This document shows positions 37,395-48,575 of a DNA stretch of 64,000 nt, piece after piece. The position numbers were made by a program, and so were the translations under genes. This DNA is from Eledone cirrhosa (taxonomy: Eukaryota), in contig OZ024755.1 of assembly GCA_964016885.1 (NCBI GenBank), positions 930,001-994,000 of the forward strand, given 5' to 3'. The notes beneath the pieces were generated by a model. The model saw nothing but the letters and a program-made list of their open reading frames with translations, was not told the origin of the DNA and did not search any database. How positions within the stretch are numbered: the first letter of the stretch is position 1; every line of letters starts with the position of its first letter.

Positions 37395-40300
37395 AGGCTA
37401 CTCCAGTTTCTGTCTACATATATCACTCACAAGGTATTAGTAAAACCCATCCCCCTGAGGCTGTAGTAGAAAACATTTACCCAAAGTACCACAGTGGGAC
37501 TAAACCCAAACCATGTAATTGCAGGACAAACTCCTTAACCACGCGGCCATACCTTGGGATGGTCTGTTAATTATTACATTTTGTTTTTAATTATTTAATT
37601 TCTGAGATGACTTGTATGATTATTTTTTACTTTTCTGTCACTGGCAGTAAGTGCAACTTGAATCAAATTATTTTAACTTTTAGGAAATCTTCAGTCAAAA
37701 TATTTTGACATTGAAAATATGATTAGATTAAGTTCATCGTTAATTTTGTTTATATTTTCAGGTTGAAAGTAGTAGCACTGAGAGGGGAACAGTGTTACAG
37801 ACTACACCCCCTCCTTTTGAGTGGCATTTGACATTGACAAGTGAAGAGTTTGATCTCATGACTGTAAGTACTTATCATTATCATCATCATAGTTTTTACA
37901 TGTAGTCATGGGTTGGGCAGGACATCTCGAAGCAATGTTTTACAGTCAGATGCTCTTCCTGATACCAACCTATTTCCTTGCTTCTTACGATATACCGGAA
38001 TACGTTGTACCTATTCTAAACTGTATACACACAGCATCTGTACCAACAGTGTTAATCATTTTTATGCATCATGGAAGACTAAAGAGTGTTCACTACTCAA
38101 CACTGTTTCTATTCTGACTTAAAGCAATATAAATTTGATGTTGTTTTATTATGTTTAAAACTCTTTAATTTTATTTTCAGTTACATCCGATAGAAATAGC
38201 CCGTCAAGTAACGTTATTAGAATTTGATTTATACCGAGCAGTGCAACCATCTGAGTTGGTCGGCAGCGTATGGATCAAGAAGGATAAAAACAAAACTTCA
38301 CCAAACTTACTGAAGATGATTCACCACTCGACTATGGTAAATTATTTCATCAGATATTTTACTGCGAAATTTACTACAAATTAAAAATATAGATATATTT
38401 TAACTTTATTGTACTAATCGACAGAATAGTTGCTGGTGTTTGTGAATTGATCATAAAGTTAAAGGCTGACCCACTTCCTTGGGGATGAGGTCTTCTCTGA
38501 CAGTTTTTACCACATATACAACATCATCATCATATTTGACTTGGATGGAACCCAACGCAAACCCTGTTAGTTGCTTCTTACGACATGCAAGGATATGCTG
38601 TATCTATTTTAAATGGGATACACTTAACATATAACGTTAATTACAATTAAAGATAATTATGTGAAATAACTAAATTATTCATTAATGTATATTTCAGTTC
38701 ACCTTCTGGTTAGAAAAATGTATTATTGAAGCAGAGAATTTTGAAGAGCGAGTTGCTGTTATTTCTCGTATTATTGAAATCCTGTTGGTATTTCAAGACC
38801 TGAATAATTTTAATGGTGTACTAGAGATAGTAAGTGCTCTCAATTCTGCCCCAGTCTTCAGATTGGAACATACTTTTGAGGTAAGTTTCATAATTTTCTA
38901 TTAACACTTTTGCTGCCACATTTTCACACAACAAAAAGTACCCAGTCAACCCTGTAATGTGGTCATGCTGGTGACATAATAAAAAAAAGTACCCAGTCCC
39001 GCTTATCTGTTGATTGTTTTAGTACCATGATAAAAAGCACCCAGTCCACTCTTTGTGGTTGTGTTGGTGACATAACAAAAAGCACCCGGTCAACCCTGTA
39101 AGTTGATATTGCTAGTGACACAACAAAAAGCATCTGTTCCTCTGGGTGAGACAAAAAGGCCACCCTGTAAGGTGGTCGTGCTACTGACATGATAAAAAGT
39201 ATCCAGTACACACTGTAATGTGGTTGGTGTTAGGAAGGGCATCCATCCATAGAAACCAAGCCAGAAACAGTTCTGTATGAACAAGGCATGGACACCTGAC
39301 CTGACTTGTCTCACAAAAGGATGACTCATCTAACCCGTGCTAGCATGGAACAATGAATGTTAAACAGTGATAATGATGATTTCTAATGATATATAATTAT
39401 TTGTCCATTTATTTATGTCTGAAACTTATTTAATTTTAAGATTTAAATTTAAATAATGACTTTTTCAGGAAATTCCTAGCAAAATGATTCGAGCATTTGA
39501 TGAGGCAAAAGAATTGAATTCTGATCACTTCAAAAAATACATAGAAAAATTACGATCAATAAATCCACCATGTGTCCCTTTTCTTGGTAAGTTAGCAACT
39601 TATTGATTATTGGGTATTGATTGAATAAATGTTGTGAATACAAACAGCTGAAATGTAGTCCCTCAAAATGGTCTTCTGAGTAATGTTCCTCAATAGTTAC
39701 ATAGCTAGATGAGAGGGCTGCTCCTGATAGAGCCACTACTTCTTCGAATTGAGAGATCACAGCTCCAATATTACTGGCATGTGGGTAGAATGTCTCAGGG
39801 AAGAATGGCTTGGCAGATCTGTAGCCCAGAGATCAAAGAGTCACTCCAGGTACAACCACTACTTCTCTGAATTGAAAGATCACAGCTCTGATATTACAGG
39901 CATGTGACAAGGAAAGAATCACTGGACAGATTTGTAGCTTGGGAATCAAGGAATTGCTCCAGGTAGAGCCACTACTTCTCCGAATTGAGAGATCACTGCT
40001 CTGATTAGCGAGGCACACTCTCAATGTTGCCTCAAATGGGACAAACCCATCTAACCCATGTTAGTGTGGAAGATGGACGCTAGACGATGATGATGATGTT
40101 GATATCAAATAGTATTGTTGTTAATTGTTGTTTTCTTATCAGGGATGTATCTCACAAATATTTTATTAACTGAGGAAGGCAATCCTGATTTTCTTCCTTA
40201 TCGACCTGAGGGTATCATCAACTTCAGTAAAAGAAGAAGAGTGGCAGAAATTACAGGTGAAATTCAACAGTATCAGAACCAGCCTTATTGTTTCAAGGTG

Positions 40301-41674
40301 GAATTTTCAATTAGGGTAATCCATTCTTCTTTTTTACGTTTTATTGCCATATTTTTTTATGTATAACCATGCTTTGATTCTCACAGAAGAATATCACTGA
40401 TAATTCCATCCTTTGCTCTCAAGATATCTTATTAAAAACCCTCCAAAATCTTGATTTTATTGAAATACAAACAATTTATTTATCAGAAATATTGTCATGA
40501 AAAGAATATCAATTAATATATTTCTTGTTTTGTGTAACATAAGTTTTGGACATGTAACGTTAATAAGTTAAATTTGGTTCTGATCTCAAGGTAAACTTTA
40601 TCGTTCTACAACTCTGCCATTATTTATATGGTTTCCATACTTTTCTTTCTCAGGAGTTCTTTTTAAAACTTAATCCACTTGGTGACCTCAGTGAAAAGGA
40701 CTTCAATGACTATTTATATAACAAATCTTTAGATTTGGAGCCTCGTGGAGAGAAACAACCACGCAAATATGTAAGTTTTATTTCAGTCTAACATACTAAT
40801 GGTTAATAAAGGTGATGGTTAATTTTATATTCTGTTTATTGGTTTATATATTTACTTATATGGCGGTGAATTGACAATCATTCAAATCTCGCAGAGGTCA
40901 ACTTTGTCTTTCATCCATTCAAGGTCGATTCTTCCTCTATATCTCATTGACACTTCCTCTCTCTCACTTCCTCTATATCTTTTCCTCACTCTCACTTTCT
41001 CTATCCTTCTTTGAAATAAATCCTTTGTAGTCAGACATGGAGGAGATGGGTTCAGCCAGGTTTAAGAAATGTTCAAGAAACAGTGTGTCGCTATGGCACC
41101 TCAACAACTCTCTCGGGAGTTACAAGTCTAGGCATATGTGGGTCAATGATTTCATGAAGGGGTCTATGGTGTAAAAGGTGTTTGGCCCCCTGTTATAACA
41201 TATATCATATGGAGTTGTTTAACTAAGTTATTTTTCTCATTAACCACAGCCAAGAAAAACTGACTTTAATTTGAAATCTCCTGGAATCAAGGCTCAATCT
41301 AATCGTCACAACGCAACAACCCGCAGTCATACATTCAATTTTGCTCCATTCAGCCACCGTACCAATGAAGAAGACACTGAATTAATACAAAGTACTCCAC
41401 CACCAACACCTAATACCCCACTTACCCCTACAACTACAGAGGGAAGTTATAGCTTTGCAAATTCACCAGCTGTCTCAGGTATGTACCATTATTTTGTTTT
41501 CTAATGTCTGCTTTTCCAAGCTGGCATGTGTTGGATTGGTCCTCACAGACCAACTATGTATTGGAACTAGTATGCCCCTAGACGGGTCATCTGACCACAT
41601 CTTGCTCAAACATTAATTTTTTTTTAAATATCTGTTTCAACACAATTTTTAGATAAGAAATCTTGCAAAACGAA

Positions 41675-41735
<61 letters not shown>

Positions 41736-42318
41736 TATTGTTTCTTATACTTTTTGTAATGGTTCCATCTTAATTTCTTGATGTTCCCATCTTAATTTCT
41801 TGATGTTCTGATAGAGAATTATGTCCAGTGTTTCAGTCATTTTCTTTACATTATGTTTAATTTTTGTTGCAGGAAATCTCAGCCTAAGTTTTGCTACAAT
41901 GTCTTTGAGCTCTCCTCAAGAAGAACCTATACCACCTATACAGCCTCCACCATTGCCTCCAAGAAAACGAGGCAAAGATTCTGTCTCTTCTAGTTTGGAC
42001 TGTGTGCCTACTGTGTCAAGTTCATCAATGGCCCTTGAACCACCTTCTCTACCTCCCAGAGACAATCGTGATAACATACCCCCACCTGTTCCACCACGCA
42101 GGGATGTTGGTTATGGAACATTAACACTAGCACAGAGCATGCCTTTGTCTCGGCCACACAGCCACCCTCACTACAACACAACCCCTCCAGAGCGGAATTC
42201 CGAGCGGAACTATCCCAGTTCAAATGACTTCAATGTTAACGGTGATAACACAATTCCAGAACTGCCTCCTAAGACATACAAACATATTCCCAGTTGGCAA
42301 CAAATCAGCTCAAATTGA
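13444..42318 (+). CDS. SOS: Son of sevenless homolog (Ras guanine-nucleotide exchange factor), 5'-partial, 23 coding exons, 1213 aa
   Basis: Exons joined by hand at GT-AG sites keep one open frame (sum 3642 nt, ending TGA 42316-42318). The translation follows SOS1/2 domain order with hallmark motifs: [130 protein letters not shown]. No start exon was found upstream within the window. Confidence 0.97.
13751..13905. repeat. 48-bp tandem repeat x3 derived from a SINE internal motif
   Basis: Reverse complement contains aaaagcaccca...cacactgtaaag, the SINE motif. Confidence 0.8.
15277..15481 (+). mobile_element. piggyBac-like MITE (family A), complete copy
   Basis: TTAA-CCCTTTAGCATTTA...TAAATACTAAAGGG-TTAA; related copies at 3172-3427(-), 14330-14533, 24946-25117, 30783-31068 and 35120-36317(-). 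Confidence 0.85.
17058..17357 (+). mobile_element. tRNA-derived SINE followed by an RTE-type SINE body and tail
   Basis: A box TGGCTTAGTGG, B box GAGTTCAATTC, ccttgagcaagacactt domain; then aaaagcacccag...gttaggaagggcatc...catgg-like tail ending (TGA)n. Confidence 0.75.
17793..18505 (+). mobile_element. Non-autonomous Helitron
   Basis: 5' TC (tcataatctataaag), subterminal hairpin cccgagcaatgccggg (18478-18493), 3' CTAG, inserted between A and T within TA runs. Confidence 0.75.
19280..22645. repeat. 31-bp minisatellite, ~105 copies (GAGAGATTGAGGTGTTTAGTGTAGTATATAG)
   Basis: Direct inspection; interrupted at 20542-20612 by a SINE tail. Confidence 0.97.
23005..23228. repeat. CCACTA/CACTA low-complexity repeat
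   Basis: Direct inspection. Confidence 0.8.
24946..25117 (+). mobile_element. piggyBac-like MITE (family A), internally deleted
   Basis: Same internal sequence, degenerate TIRs. Confidence 0.75.
25357..25440 (+). CDS. SOS: SOS exon (histone-fold): [28 protein letters not shown]
   Basis: tttcag|GAG...AAG|gtaagc; 84 nt; not in ORF track. Confidence 0.93.
26001..26081 (+). CDS. SOS: SOS exon: [27 protein letters not shown]
   Basis: ttacag|TTG...AAG|gtatgt; 81 nt. Confidence 0.93.
26509..26706 (+). CDS. SOS: SOS exon (linker/DH start): GLMNLFF...EKVLQAK
   Basis: tttcag|GGT...AAA|gtaaga; 198 nt. Confidence 0.9.
27060..27200 (+). CDS. SOS: SOS exon (DH): KMELLFSNI...PFVEMAE
   Basis: tttcag|AAA...GAA|gtaagg; 141 nt. 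Confidence 0.9.
27535..27769. mobile_element. piggyBac-like MITE (family B)
   Basis: TTAACCCTTT...AAAGGGTTAA; related ends at ~23580-23710 and ~16208. Confidence 0.6.
27947..28003 (-). ncRNA. Type I hammerhead ribozyme, mirror copy on the minus strand
   Basis: Exact reverse complement of 28072..28128 within the palindrome. Confidence 0.85.
28072..28128 (+). ncRNA. Type I hammerhead ribozyme (Penelope-type), predicted GUA cleavage after 28123
   Basis: Stem I tcatt/aatga; CTGATGA 28077-28083; 12-bp stem II ttgaaagcaaaa/ttttgcttttaa; GAAA 28111-28114; stem III ACC-act-GGT; H17=A. Confidence 0.85.
28171..29570 (-). mobile_element. 5'-truncated, degenerate Penelope-like retroelement (Neptune-like GIY-YIG endonuclease C-terminus plus 3' region)
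   Basis: ORF 29061..29525(-): F.KRWY.H..S...STTLA..IWELK...YTINW...CxxC..E...LLN...CRH pattern of PLE endonucleases; hammerhead-like fold at 28225-28337(-). Confidence 0.75.
29621..29728 (+). CDS. SOS: SOS exon (DH): [10 protein letters not shown]...TETIDYH
   Basis: ttttag|GAA...CAT|gtgagt; 108 nt. Confidence 0.9.
29757..30050 (-). mobile_element. RTE-like LINE 3' remnant (same family as 2.0-2.2 kb)
   Basis: Shares cccataaaatctgtccagc.attct.tcctga; minus-strand translation [19 protein letters not shown]. Confidence 0.7.
30191..30289 (+). CDS. SOS: SOS exon (DH): [33 protein letters not shown]
   Basis: ctttag|ACT...AAG|gtaggc; 99 nt. Confidence 0.93.
30783..31068 (+). mobile_element. piggyBac-like MITE (family A) with an internal 60-bp duplication
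   Basis: TTAA ends and TIRs; taaagcctttacc...taaatgcta present twice. Confidence 0.85.
31247..31374 (+). CDS. SOS: SOS exon (DH end): [18 protein letters not shown]...GKRRP
   Basis: gtgtag|ATG...TG|gtgagt; 128 nt. Confidence 0.92.
31629..31872 (+). mobile_element. Penelope-like inverted pseudo-LTR element, same family as the 27.9 kb element
   Basis: Perfect 66-bp arms 31629-31694 and 31747-31812; hammerhead; tail AGCTCTGT...ATAGAGCACTCT...CGGAA; TA-rich flanks. Confidence 0.8.
31710..31780 (+). ncRNA. Type I hammerhead ribozyme, predicted GUA cleavage after 31774
   Basis: Stem I ttcatt/aatgga; CTGATGA 31716-31722; stem II gcga...tcgt; GAAA 31762-31765; stem III ACC-ttt-GGT; H17=A. Confidence 0.8.
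31994..32124 (+). CDS. SOS: SOS exon (DH-PH): ETSLRLQG...[18 protein letters not shown]
   Basis: ttctag|G...ATGG|gtaagt; 131 nt. Confidence 0.94.
32240..32585. repeat. Degenerate ~60-95 bp tandem repeat with a terminal inverted piece
   Basis: cattatgtagtaagggg...ggcgattttt...aatgaatta x4; actacataatgcag inverted at ~32532. Confidence 0.65.
32769..32957 (+). CDS. SOS: SOS exon (PH): GILHKY...FLFDGL...DKEDSE
   Basis: ttgtag|AG...G|gtaatg; 189 nt. Confidence 0.94.
33324..33441 (+). CDS. SOS: SOS exon (PH): YKHAFEIQ...[16 protein letters not shown]
   Basis: tttcag|AG...AG|gttagt; 118 nt. Confidence 0.94.
33688..33771 (+). CDS. SOS: SOS exon (helical linker): [27 protein letters not shown]
   Basis: tttcag|T...AA|gtgagt; 84 nt. 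Confidence 0.93.
   Translation, partial: YVGTDFRQYFEGRRERTPITITPTIYI
34543..34755 (+). CDS. SOS: SOS exon (REM): FAVEDS...[22 protein letters not shown]...LLIE
   Basis: cattag|A...CG|gtatga; 213 nt. Confidence 0.95.
35120..36181. repeat. 72-bp minisatellite, ~15 copies, derived from MITE family A
   Basis: The unit is the reverse complement of the MITE subterminal region; the rest of the MITE and its TIR follow at 36182-36317. Confidence 0.95.
36351..36479 (+). CDS. SOS: SOS exon (REM): FDIPYSE...[14 protein letters not shown]
   Basis: ttttag|A...CG|gtaact; 129 nt. Confidence 0.93.
36847..37003 (+). CDS. SOS: SOS exon (REM): [19 protein letters not shown]...ITKVIHRK
   Basis: tttcag|A...AAG|gtgtgt; 157 nt. 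Confidence 0.94.
37395..37555 (-). mobile_element. tRNA-derived CORE-type SINE
   Basis: Minus strand atggccgcgtggttaag...ggtttagtcccactg...ttgggtaaatg; related copies at ~34255-34405(-) and ~3620-3855(+). Confidence 0.65.
37762..37863 (+). CDS. SOS: SOS exon: VESSSTE...PPPFEWHL...FDLMT
   Basis: tttcag|GTT...ACT|gtaagt; 102 nt. Confidence 0.92.
38181..38336 (+). CDS. SOS: SOS exon (CDC25): [18 protein letters not shown]...KMIHHSTM
   Basis: tttcag|TTA...ATG|gtaaat; 156 nt. Confidence 0.95.
38698..38880 (+). CDS. SOS: SOS exon (CDC25): FTFWLEK...NNFNGVLE...RLEHTFE
   Basis: tttcag|TTC...GAG|gtaagt; 183 nt. Confidence 0.95.
38925..39220 (+). repeat. Degenerate ~45-bp tandem copies of the same SINE motif, preceding a SINE tail
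   Basis: aaaag(c/t)acccag...ctgtaa..tggt...gtgaca repeated ~6-7 times; tail ends (TGA)n at ~39380. Confidence 0.75.
39469..39586 (+). CDS. SOS: SOS exon (CDC25): [10 protein letters not shown]...INPPCVPFL
   Basis: tttcag|GAA...G|gtaagt; 118 nt. Confidence 0.95.
39727..40020 (+). repeat. About 2.5 tandem ~120-bp copies of an RTE-like ORF fragment
   Basis: ccactacttct..gaattgagagatcacagctc recurs three times; related to the 29.8-30.05 kb remnant. Confidence 0.65.
40143..40315 (+). CDS. SOS: SOS exon (CDC25): [14 protein letters not shown]...QQYQNQPY...FSIR
   Basis: tatcag|GG...AGG|gtaatc; 173 nt. Confidence 0.95.
40654..40770 (+). CDS. SOS: SOS exon (CDC25 end): EFFLKLNP...[15 protein letters not shown]
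   Basis: tctcag|GAG...TAT|gtaagt; 117 nt. Confidence 0.94.
41250..41478 (+). CDS. SOS: SOS exon (tail): [14 protein letters not shown]...TPNTPLTP...SPAVS
   Basis: ccacag|CCA...G|gtatgt; 229 nt. Confidence 0.9.
41873..42318 (+). CDS. SOS: SOS terminal exon, Pro-rich tail with SH3 (GRB2-type) ligands [28 protein letters not shown]
   Basis: ttgcag|GA...TGA; PxxPxR motifs visible in ORF 41821..42318. Confidence 0.92.
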
Positions 42319-42787
42319 TACCAGCTCTTTCCCCTTCTTCTCCATTGACCGTCGAGGAAGAAGAGCTGGACTGAAAACCAACCACATTGGATTGATCTAT
42401 TAAAAAAAAAAATAATAATAAAATAAAATAAAATATGCTACTTAAAAACAAAAAAAAAAACAAAGCAAAAACAATTTTCAAATGACACACAGACAGATGA
42501 AAAGAGAACAAATGTTTTATGGAAATCTGGAACAAACAGAATTTGCTGTTTTACAAAGCCTACACTTTCAGCAGACCTCATTTTGGTTCCAGTCATGCTT
42601 GCTTTTCCTAACTGCTGTCACTGGGCAAAACTTAACTAACTACTACTATTACTACTACTACTACTACTACTGTTGCTGTTGTTACATGAATGGCACAGCT
42701 GGAACAAAAGACTGTTGTCTCTGCTAATTAATACAACTGCTGTCATGATGGCATCTGCTGCAGTCACTCCTGTTTAATAATAATAAT

Positions 42788-42985
42788 AATGGTTTCTTGG
42801 GAAAGTTGGTTAAATCGACTCCAGTACGTTACTGGTACTTTATTTTATCGACCTCTCCTGTAAGGATGTAAGGCAAAGTTAACCTCAGCGGGATTTGAAA
42901 TCAGAACATAAAGAGACGTATGTCTGATGTAAAGTGTGTTGTCCTATGCTCTACCGATTCTACTGCCAATCCACCACCCTAATAA
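42788..42985 (-). mobile_element. tRNA-derived SINE in the putative SOS 3' UTR
   Basis: ctttgcctt(t)catcct...gtcgataaaataaagtaccagt family, also at ~1065-1215(+), 2230-2360(-), 2863-2990(+), 4110-4300(+), 15545-15670(-), 24305-24480, 36720-36815(-), 40860-40930(+); flanked by (TAA)n. Confidence 0.75.
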
Positions 42986-43368
42986 TAATAGTTTCTTTAT
43001 TAGCCATGTAACACTGTCATCATTTAGCAATAATTCTTCTTCTATTACTGCTGACAAAACAACAGCAGGAGTATTACTACTACCACTACTTTGTTGGTTT
43101 TGTTAATTATCATTATTATTATTATTAACTACCACCACTACTTCTACCATTATTAATACTACTACTGCTGTCTAAGTAGCAGTGGTGTCTATTGCAGCTA
43201 AAACTACTACTACTACTGCTGCTGCTGCTGCTATTGTAGCATAGTGCGTCGAAATGCATACATTGAATTTACACAATGTTTTGATGCAAACAAATGGAAA
43301 ATCTAGGGAACAACATCTAAAGGAAGTGAAATAGAATAATGAGAAAGAAAAGCTTTGCCATTAGACAT

Positions 43369-43425
<57 letters not shown>

Positions 43426-43590
43426 GGAAGGTTTTATAGTCTAATGTCCTTCATGGCACCAACCATTTCAGTTGCTTCTTGCAACACACAGGGATACTGT
43501 GTTCCTATTCTAAACCAGATACACCAGCCACATACACATATATATTTATTTATATAGAATATATATATATGTGTGTGTGTGTAAATATAT

Positions 43591-43795
43591 ATATTCATTT
43601 TATTAAGGCTAAGTAGGGAATCTTCCTACTCTGTAGTTTTGCCTGCTTCCCACAGTCATCAGACAAGAACCCTGTGATAAGCAGGTGAAACTCCAGAGTA
43701 ACAACATTCACTATTTAGTTGGCCTTAATAAAATGAATATTTAAACTCTACTTCGGTATTGAGTATTCTTTTCTCTCGACTGTTAACATACAGCT
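43591..43795 (+). mobile_element. Decayed Penelope-like fold-back element downstream of the SOS stop codon
   Basis: Inverted repeat atattcattttattaaggc/gccttaataaaatgaatat; plus strand GAAAC-tccaga-GTA; minus strand CTGATGA...AAAAC-tacaga-GTA; TA flanks. Confidence 0.6.
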
Positions 43796-45120
43796 ATATA
43801 TATATATATATCAAGAGATTAGTCTGTAAACTCTTCTTGTAATAACAGTAGAGATGTTAACATTTAAAATAGATGTGTGAAGTAGTTCGGGACATAAACA
43901 GATGATAAATTTAGTTGATGGTTGCTCGGTGGTGGTCATATTCCTTCATTCTCTCTGTCTTTGTTTTTTATTGTTCATCACAACAAAACAACTATTCCCA
44001 GCATCTAGCCTTTATTTATTTTTTCTCAGTTTTGTTTTATTTCTTTTTATTTCTCTCTCTCTGATTTTGTATTTTTTTGTCTTATATCACTCTTTTCTTA
44101 CTTCTATCTCTATCTCCCTCTATCTGTCTATCTCTAATTATAATTTTTTTCTCAATTTCTACTAATATAATCCTTGAGTACCCTAAAGCAAATTTATTAA
44201 TCCTGCTCTTCCAGATTACTTGTACTTAATTAGGACACAACAGTAAATTATATTTAAGTAAGAATTTCTATCACTTTTCAAATTCTTAAACTACAAACAT
44301 ACACATCTCATTTAACCCTTTAGCATTCACAAATACTAATGGTGTCAGGTATGTTGATGTGTTTATAAGTTATGAAACAAAGAAAACTGTAACTCTCTCT
44401 GTCATTTGTTAGTCATGGTGGGGTAGGGGTCTGTATGAAGAAAGTTGATTACATCTGGTTCAAACAAGTAGCCTTGTCCTTACCCCTTTATACCCTTTCA
44501 ACCTTGTTATGTGTGAGGTACTCAATCAATGCTACCTTACACAAAAATCATATTTGTTTAATTAAACCTGGAAATAAGAAAATAAATAAATGTACAGACT
44601 TGATATAAAAATAATGGCAATGCCATCCAAAAGGACTCAAGCTTTGTGAAATGCTGATTTCTGCAGAAGGTGATGTAAATAACAGTAGTGTGTGTGTGTA
44701 TGTGTGTGTGTGTGTGTGTGGCAGAACTGTAGGTTGGTGGGTAGTCATTGTTGAAACTGGAATACCAGATCAGCAAAGTGAAAACATAAAATTGGCTGAA
44801 TTTGACCAATTTTGAATGACAAAGGGTTAAATTTTGTATAATATATAAATCCTTTTTATTTACTAAATGCTGAGAAATATATTGAAAATAAATTTTCAAA
44901 TTTCCTCTTTTAGTAAATTATTATTGGATTGTAAGTTAATAATTTTGCTAGTATATATAAAGCCTTTTTAATTAACTCTTAATGTAAAAATTTCTTTTTT
45001 TGGTGTAGGGTGTCTCATTTCAATCAATAAAACATCATTTTTAAAATAATATTTTTATTTAATTTTATTATGTAGATAATTAAATTAAGGCTAATCAGAA
45101 TTATAATTTCTAATTTTTAC

Positions 45121-45500
45121 AAATCATTTATTAGTTTGTTGCTGATTTTTTTTCTTTTTATTCTTCTTCAATGAAACTAATTTACCTGAAAAAAATGTGT
45201 AACCCCAAATAAAACTCCATCCCAAAACTTTAGATATAACTAATTAAGGTATTGTTGTACACCTGCTGTGTACTCTCATTTAGATATAACTATTTAGCTC
45301 TATTCTAATTTTTCCAAATCATTTATTAGTTTGTTGCTGTTTTTTTTTCTTTTTATTCTTCTTCAATGAAACTAATTTACCTGAAAAAAATGTGTAACCC
45401 CAAATAAAACTCCATCCCAATACTTTAGATATAACTAATTAAGGTATTGTTGTACACCTGCTGTGTACTCTCATTTAGATATAACTATTTAGCTCTAATT
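45121..45500. repeat. ~195-bp tandem duplication
   Basis: aaatcatttattagtttgttgctg...tagatataactatttagctcta at 45121 and 45316. Confidence 0.85.
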
Positions 45501-45869
45501 AAGATATTGTTGTACACATAACACTGAGCATACAATCTGCTGTGTACTCTTGTTATATAGGTAGGTACCAAAAAAATATGTATTTATGTATATATTTATT
45601 TACATACATCCCCCAAAAAAGCACTAAAAAAAATGAAAATTAATTTTATTAACTAGGAAACAAAAAATGGCATTTGTAGCATTGAAAACTCACTGAAATA
45701 TGATAACTTCTGTGTATGTGTATATATATATATATACACACCTTTTGTAGATATATATTATATATGGATATCTTCTGTAGATATGTGATAAATCGTTTTC
45801 TTATTTTTCACTCGGTTTGTTCTCAAGATTTTGAGACTCAAAGAATTCTTCATAAATATCTTTATACAC

Positions 45870-45934
<65 letters not shown>

Positions 45935-47459
45935 ATCTTTCATCTTTTTCTCTCTCACATGTTTGTTTTACTGCAGGAGCATTTCATACGATACAACCAT
46001 CAGTAACATTTTATTTTATTTTCTAAACTAAACTTTTAGTTTAAATGACAGTGTTTGGCGTGTGTTTGTGTATATGGCTATACATGTGTGTGTGTGTGTA
46101 TCTCTTCCTCTCTGTGGCTGTACATGTCTGTACAACAGAGTATATGGCTGTAAATGTCTTAAAGTTCAAATGAAACCTAATAAAAATGAAGATGCAACTC
46201 TCGTATGAAACTAGATTTCTGGTTCAAAATAATAATAATGATAAACTGTTGGTTCAAAAAGTGAGTGGAACATTACATGTCTTCTACATACATCTACGTA
46301 ATTCAGAGATGGGGCAAGAGTGTGTGTATATATATATGTGTGTGTGTTGTCTGGAGAATATTAAGTTAAGAATCTTATTTTATTATTTACTAAAATTTTT
46401 CAAAAAGTGATTTGTCTGTCCTCTTAAAAGCAGAAATTTTCTGATTTACATATTTAAAAAACAAACAAAATTACTTTTATTTTTTATTTAACCCCCCCCC
46501 CCCCTTTTTTTTTATAAAAAGACATACATCCCTAACAATTCTTTAGAAATATTTAGATTGGCAACGTTAACTAACATTAAATAACCCCAGAATACTAAAT
46601 CTATAATCTTATGGTATCTTATACTGGAGGAAGGTGACATCTTATACTGGAGGAAGGTGACAGCTTATACCGGAGGAAGGAGTATGGTATCTTATACTGG
46701 AGGAATACAGCGTTTTATATTGGGCGAATATGGGATCTTATATACAAGCATTTCCTAATGAAAGCTAAACATTTCCTCACCTACTATAAGTTGCTTTCAA
46801 ATATAAAGTGTACAGAAATATTAATTAAGTGCAGAGAAGCTATTGACATGTCTTTAATCAACCGCAGTGACAGTAAATGGAGGTGATGCATTGTTCAAGG
46901 TGAAACAGAACATAGCCTTGTTAAATATGATTCTATGGTTCTCTATTTGTGTGGGGATGTGGGGTGCACACATGTAAATCTTTGTGTATGCATGTTTGTG
47001 CGTGTAGATATACACTCCTGTCCAGCTCATTGCCAACATGAGAAAGTGGGCATACAAATGACATGTGTATATATATATATATATAAATGTATATATATAC
47101 ACATGAGTTCATCATCTGTTTTCAAAAGAGTAAAAGCTTAACTGTAGGGCAGAAAAAATCCTAATAATATATATAATACACACAGACATATATATATATA
47201 TATATATATAATACACATACATATATATATATTACACACATGTATATATATATATATATATAAATAAAATATACACGCACAGACGTGTCATCATGATTTT
47301 TCCACATTTATTCAGGGTTGAGACTTCTCTCCCAATTTCCACTTCTCTTGATAACAAAATGGACAGAGAAGACTCTTAGAGTAAAAATGGAGGGGAGGCT
47401 TAACTTCAAATAAATATACACTACTACATGTTTTGAGGATTTTTCTCCTGTTTCTAAAA

Positions 47460-47490
<31 letters not shown>

Positions 47491-47620
47491 GTGATTGTAT
47501 GTGTACATATATATATGTATGTGTGTATATATGTGTATGTATATATATGTGTGTATGTATGTATATGTATATATATATATATATGTATGTATGTGTATAT
47601 ATATGTATGTATATATATAT

Positions 47621-48030
47621 GTCCGGGAGAGATGACCCCTGAGCCTTTGTCGAGGCAGAATTCTAGGAGAAGGAAAACTCTGATATAACACCTGCAACTC
47701 GGATGGTATCCAATGATGTTGACTTGTTCTTCTTTTTGGTAAATATCATCTTGGTTAAGAGAGTGGGACTGGCTTTGTGCAGTGCCTTTGCTCACTATAA
47801 AAGCTTCACGGCACAGGCATTACTTTATATCTGGAGATCTCCCTGCACTTGTCACATGGTACCATGGGCCCAGCACTATGTGTCAATAATTGTCACAAGT
47901 GTAGTGTTTGTACCAGAGTTTTCAAGTCGCTGGCTGGACTAAAAAGTCACACTCGTTCAGCGCTTCGGTAGGGGTTCTCCTACATGGATATAAAGTAGTG
48001 GCCGTACTCGAAAACGAGTTGGCAGCCACC
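47621..48030 (+). mobile_element. Degenerate 3' end of an RTE-like LINE with C-terminal zinc-finger-like remnant and 3' stem-loop
   Basis: [21 protein letters not shown] at ~47894-47956; hairpin actcg-aaaa-cgagt just before (AT)n. Confidence 0.6.
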
Positions 48031-48075
48031 ATATATATATATGTATATGTATATATATATATATGTATATATATG

Positions 48076-48106
<31 letters not shown>

Positions 48107-48108
48107 GT

Positions 48109-48146
<38 letters not shown>

Positions 48147-48162
48147 GTATATATGTATATAT

Positions 48163-48214
<52 letters not shown>

Positions 48215-48487
48215 GTATATGTATATATATATATATGTATATGTATATATGTATATATATATATGTATATATGTATATATATATATGTATATATATGTAT
48301 ATATATATATATGTATATATATATATGTATATATATATATGTATATATATATATATGTATATATATATATGTATGTATATATGTATGTATGTATGTATAT
48401 ATATATGTATGTATATATATATGTATGTATATATATATGTATATATATGTATATATATATATGTATGTATATATATATGTATGTATG

Positions 48488-48520
<33 letters not shown>

Positions 48521-48541
48521 GTATATATATATGTATGTATG

Positions 48542-48575
<34 letters not shown>

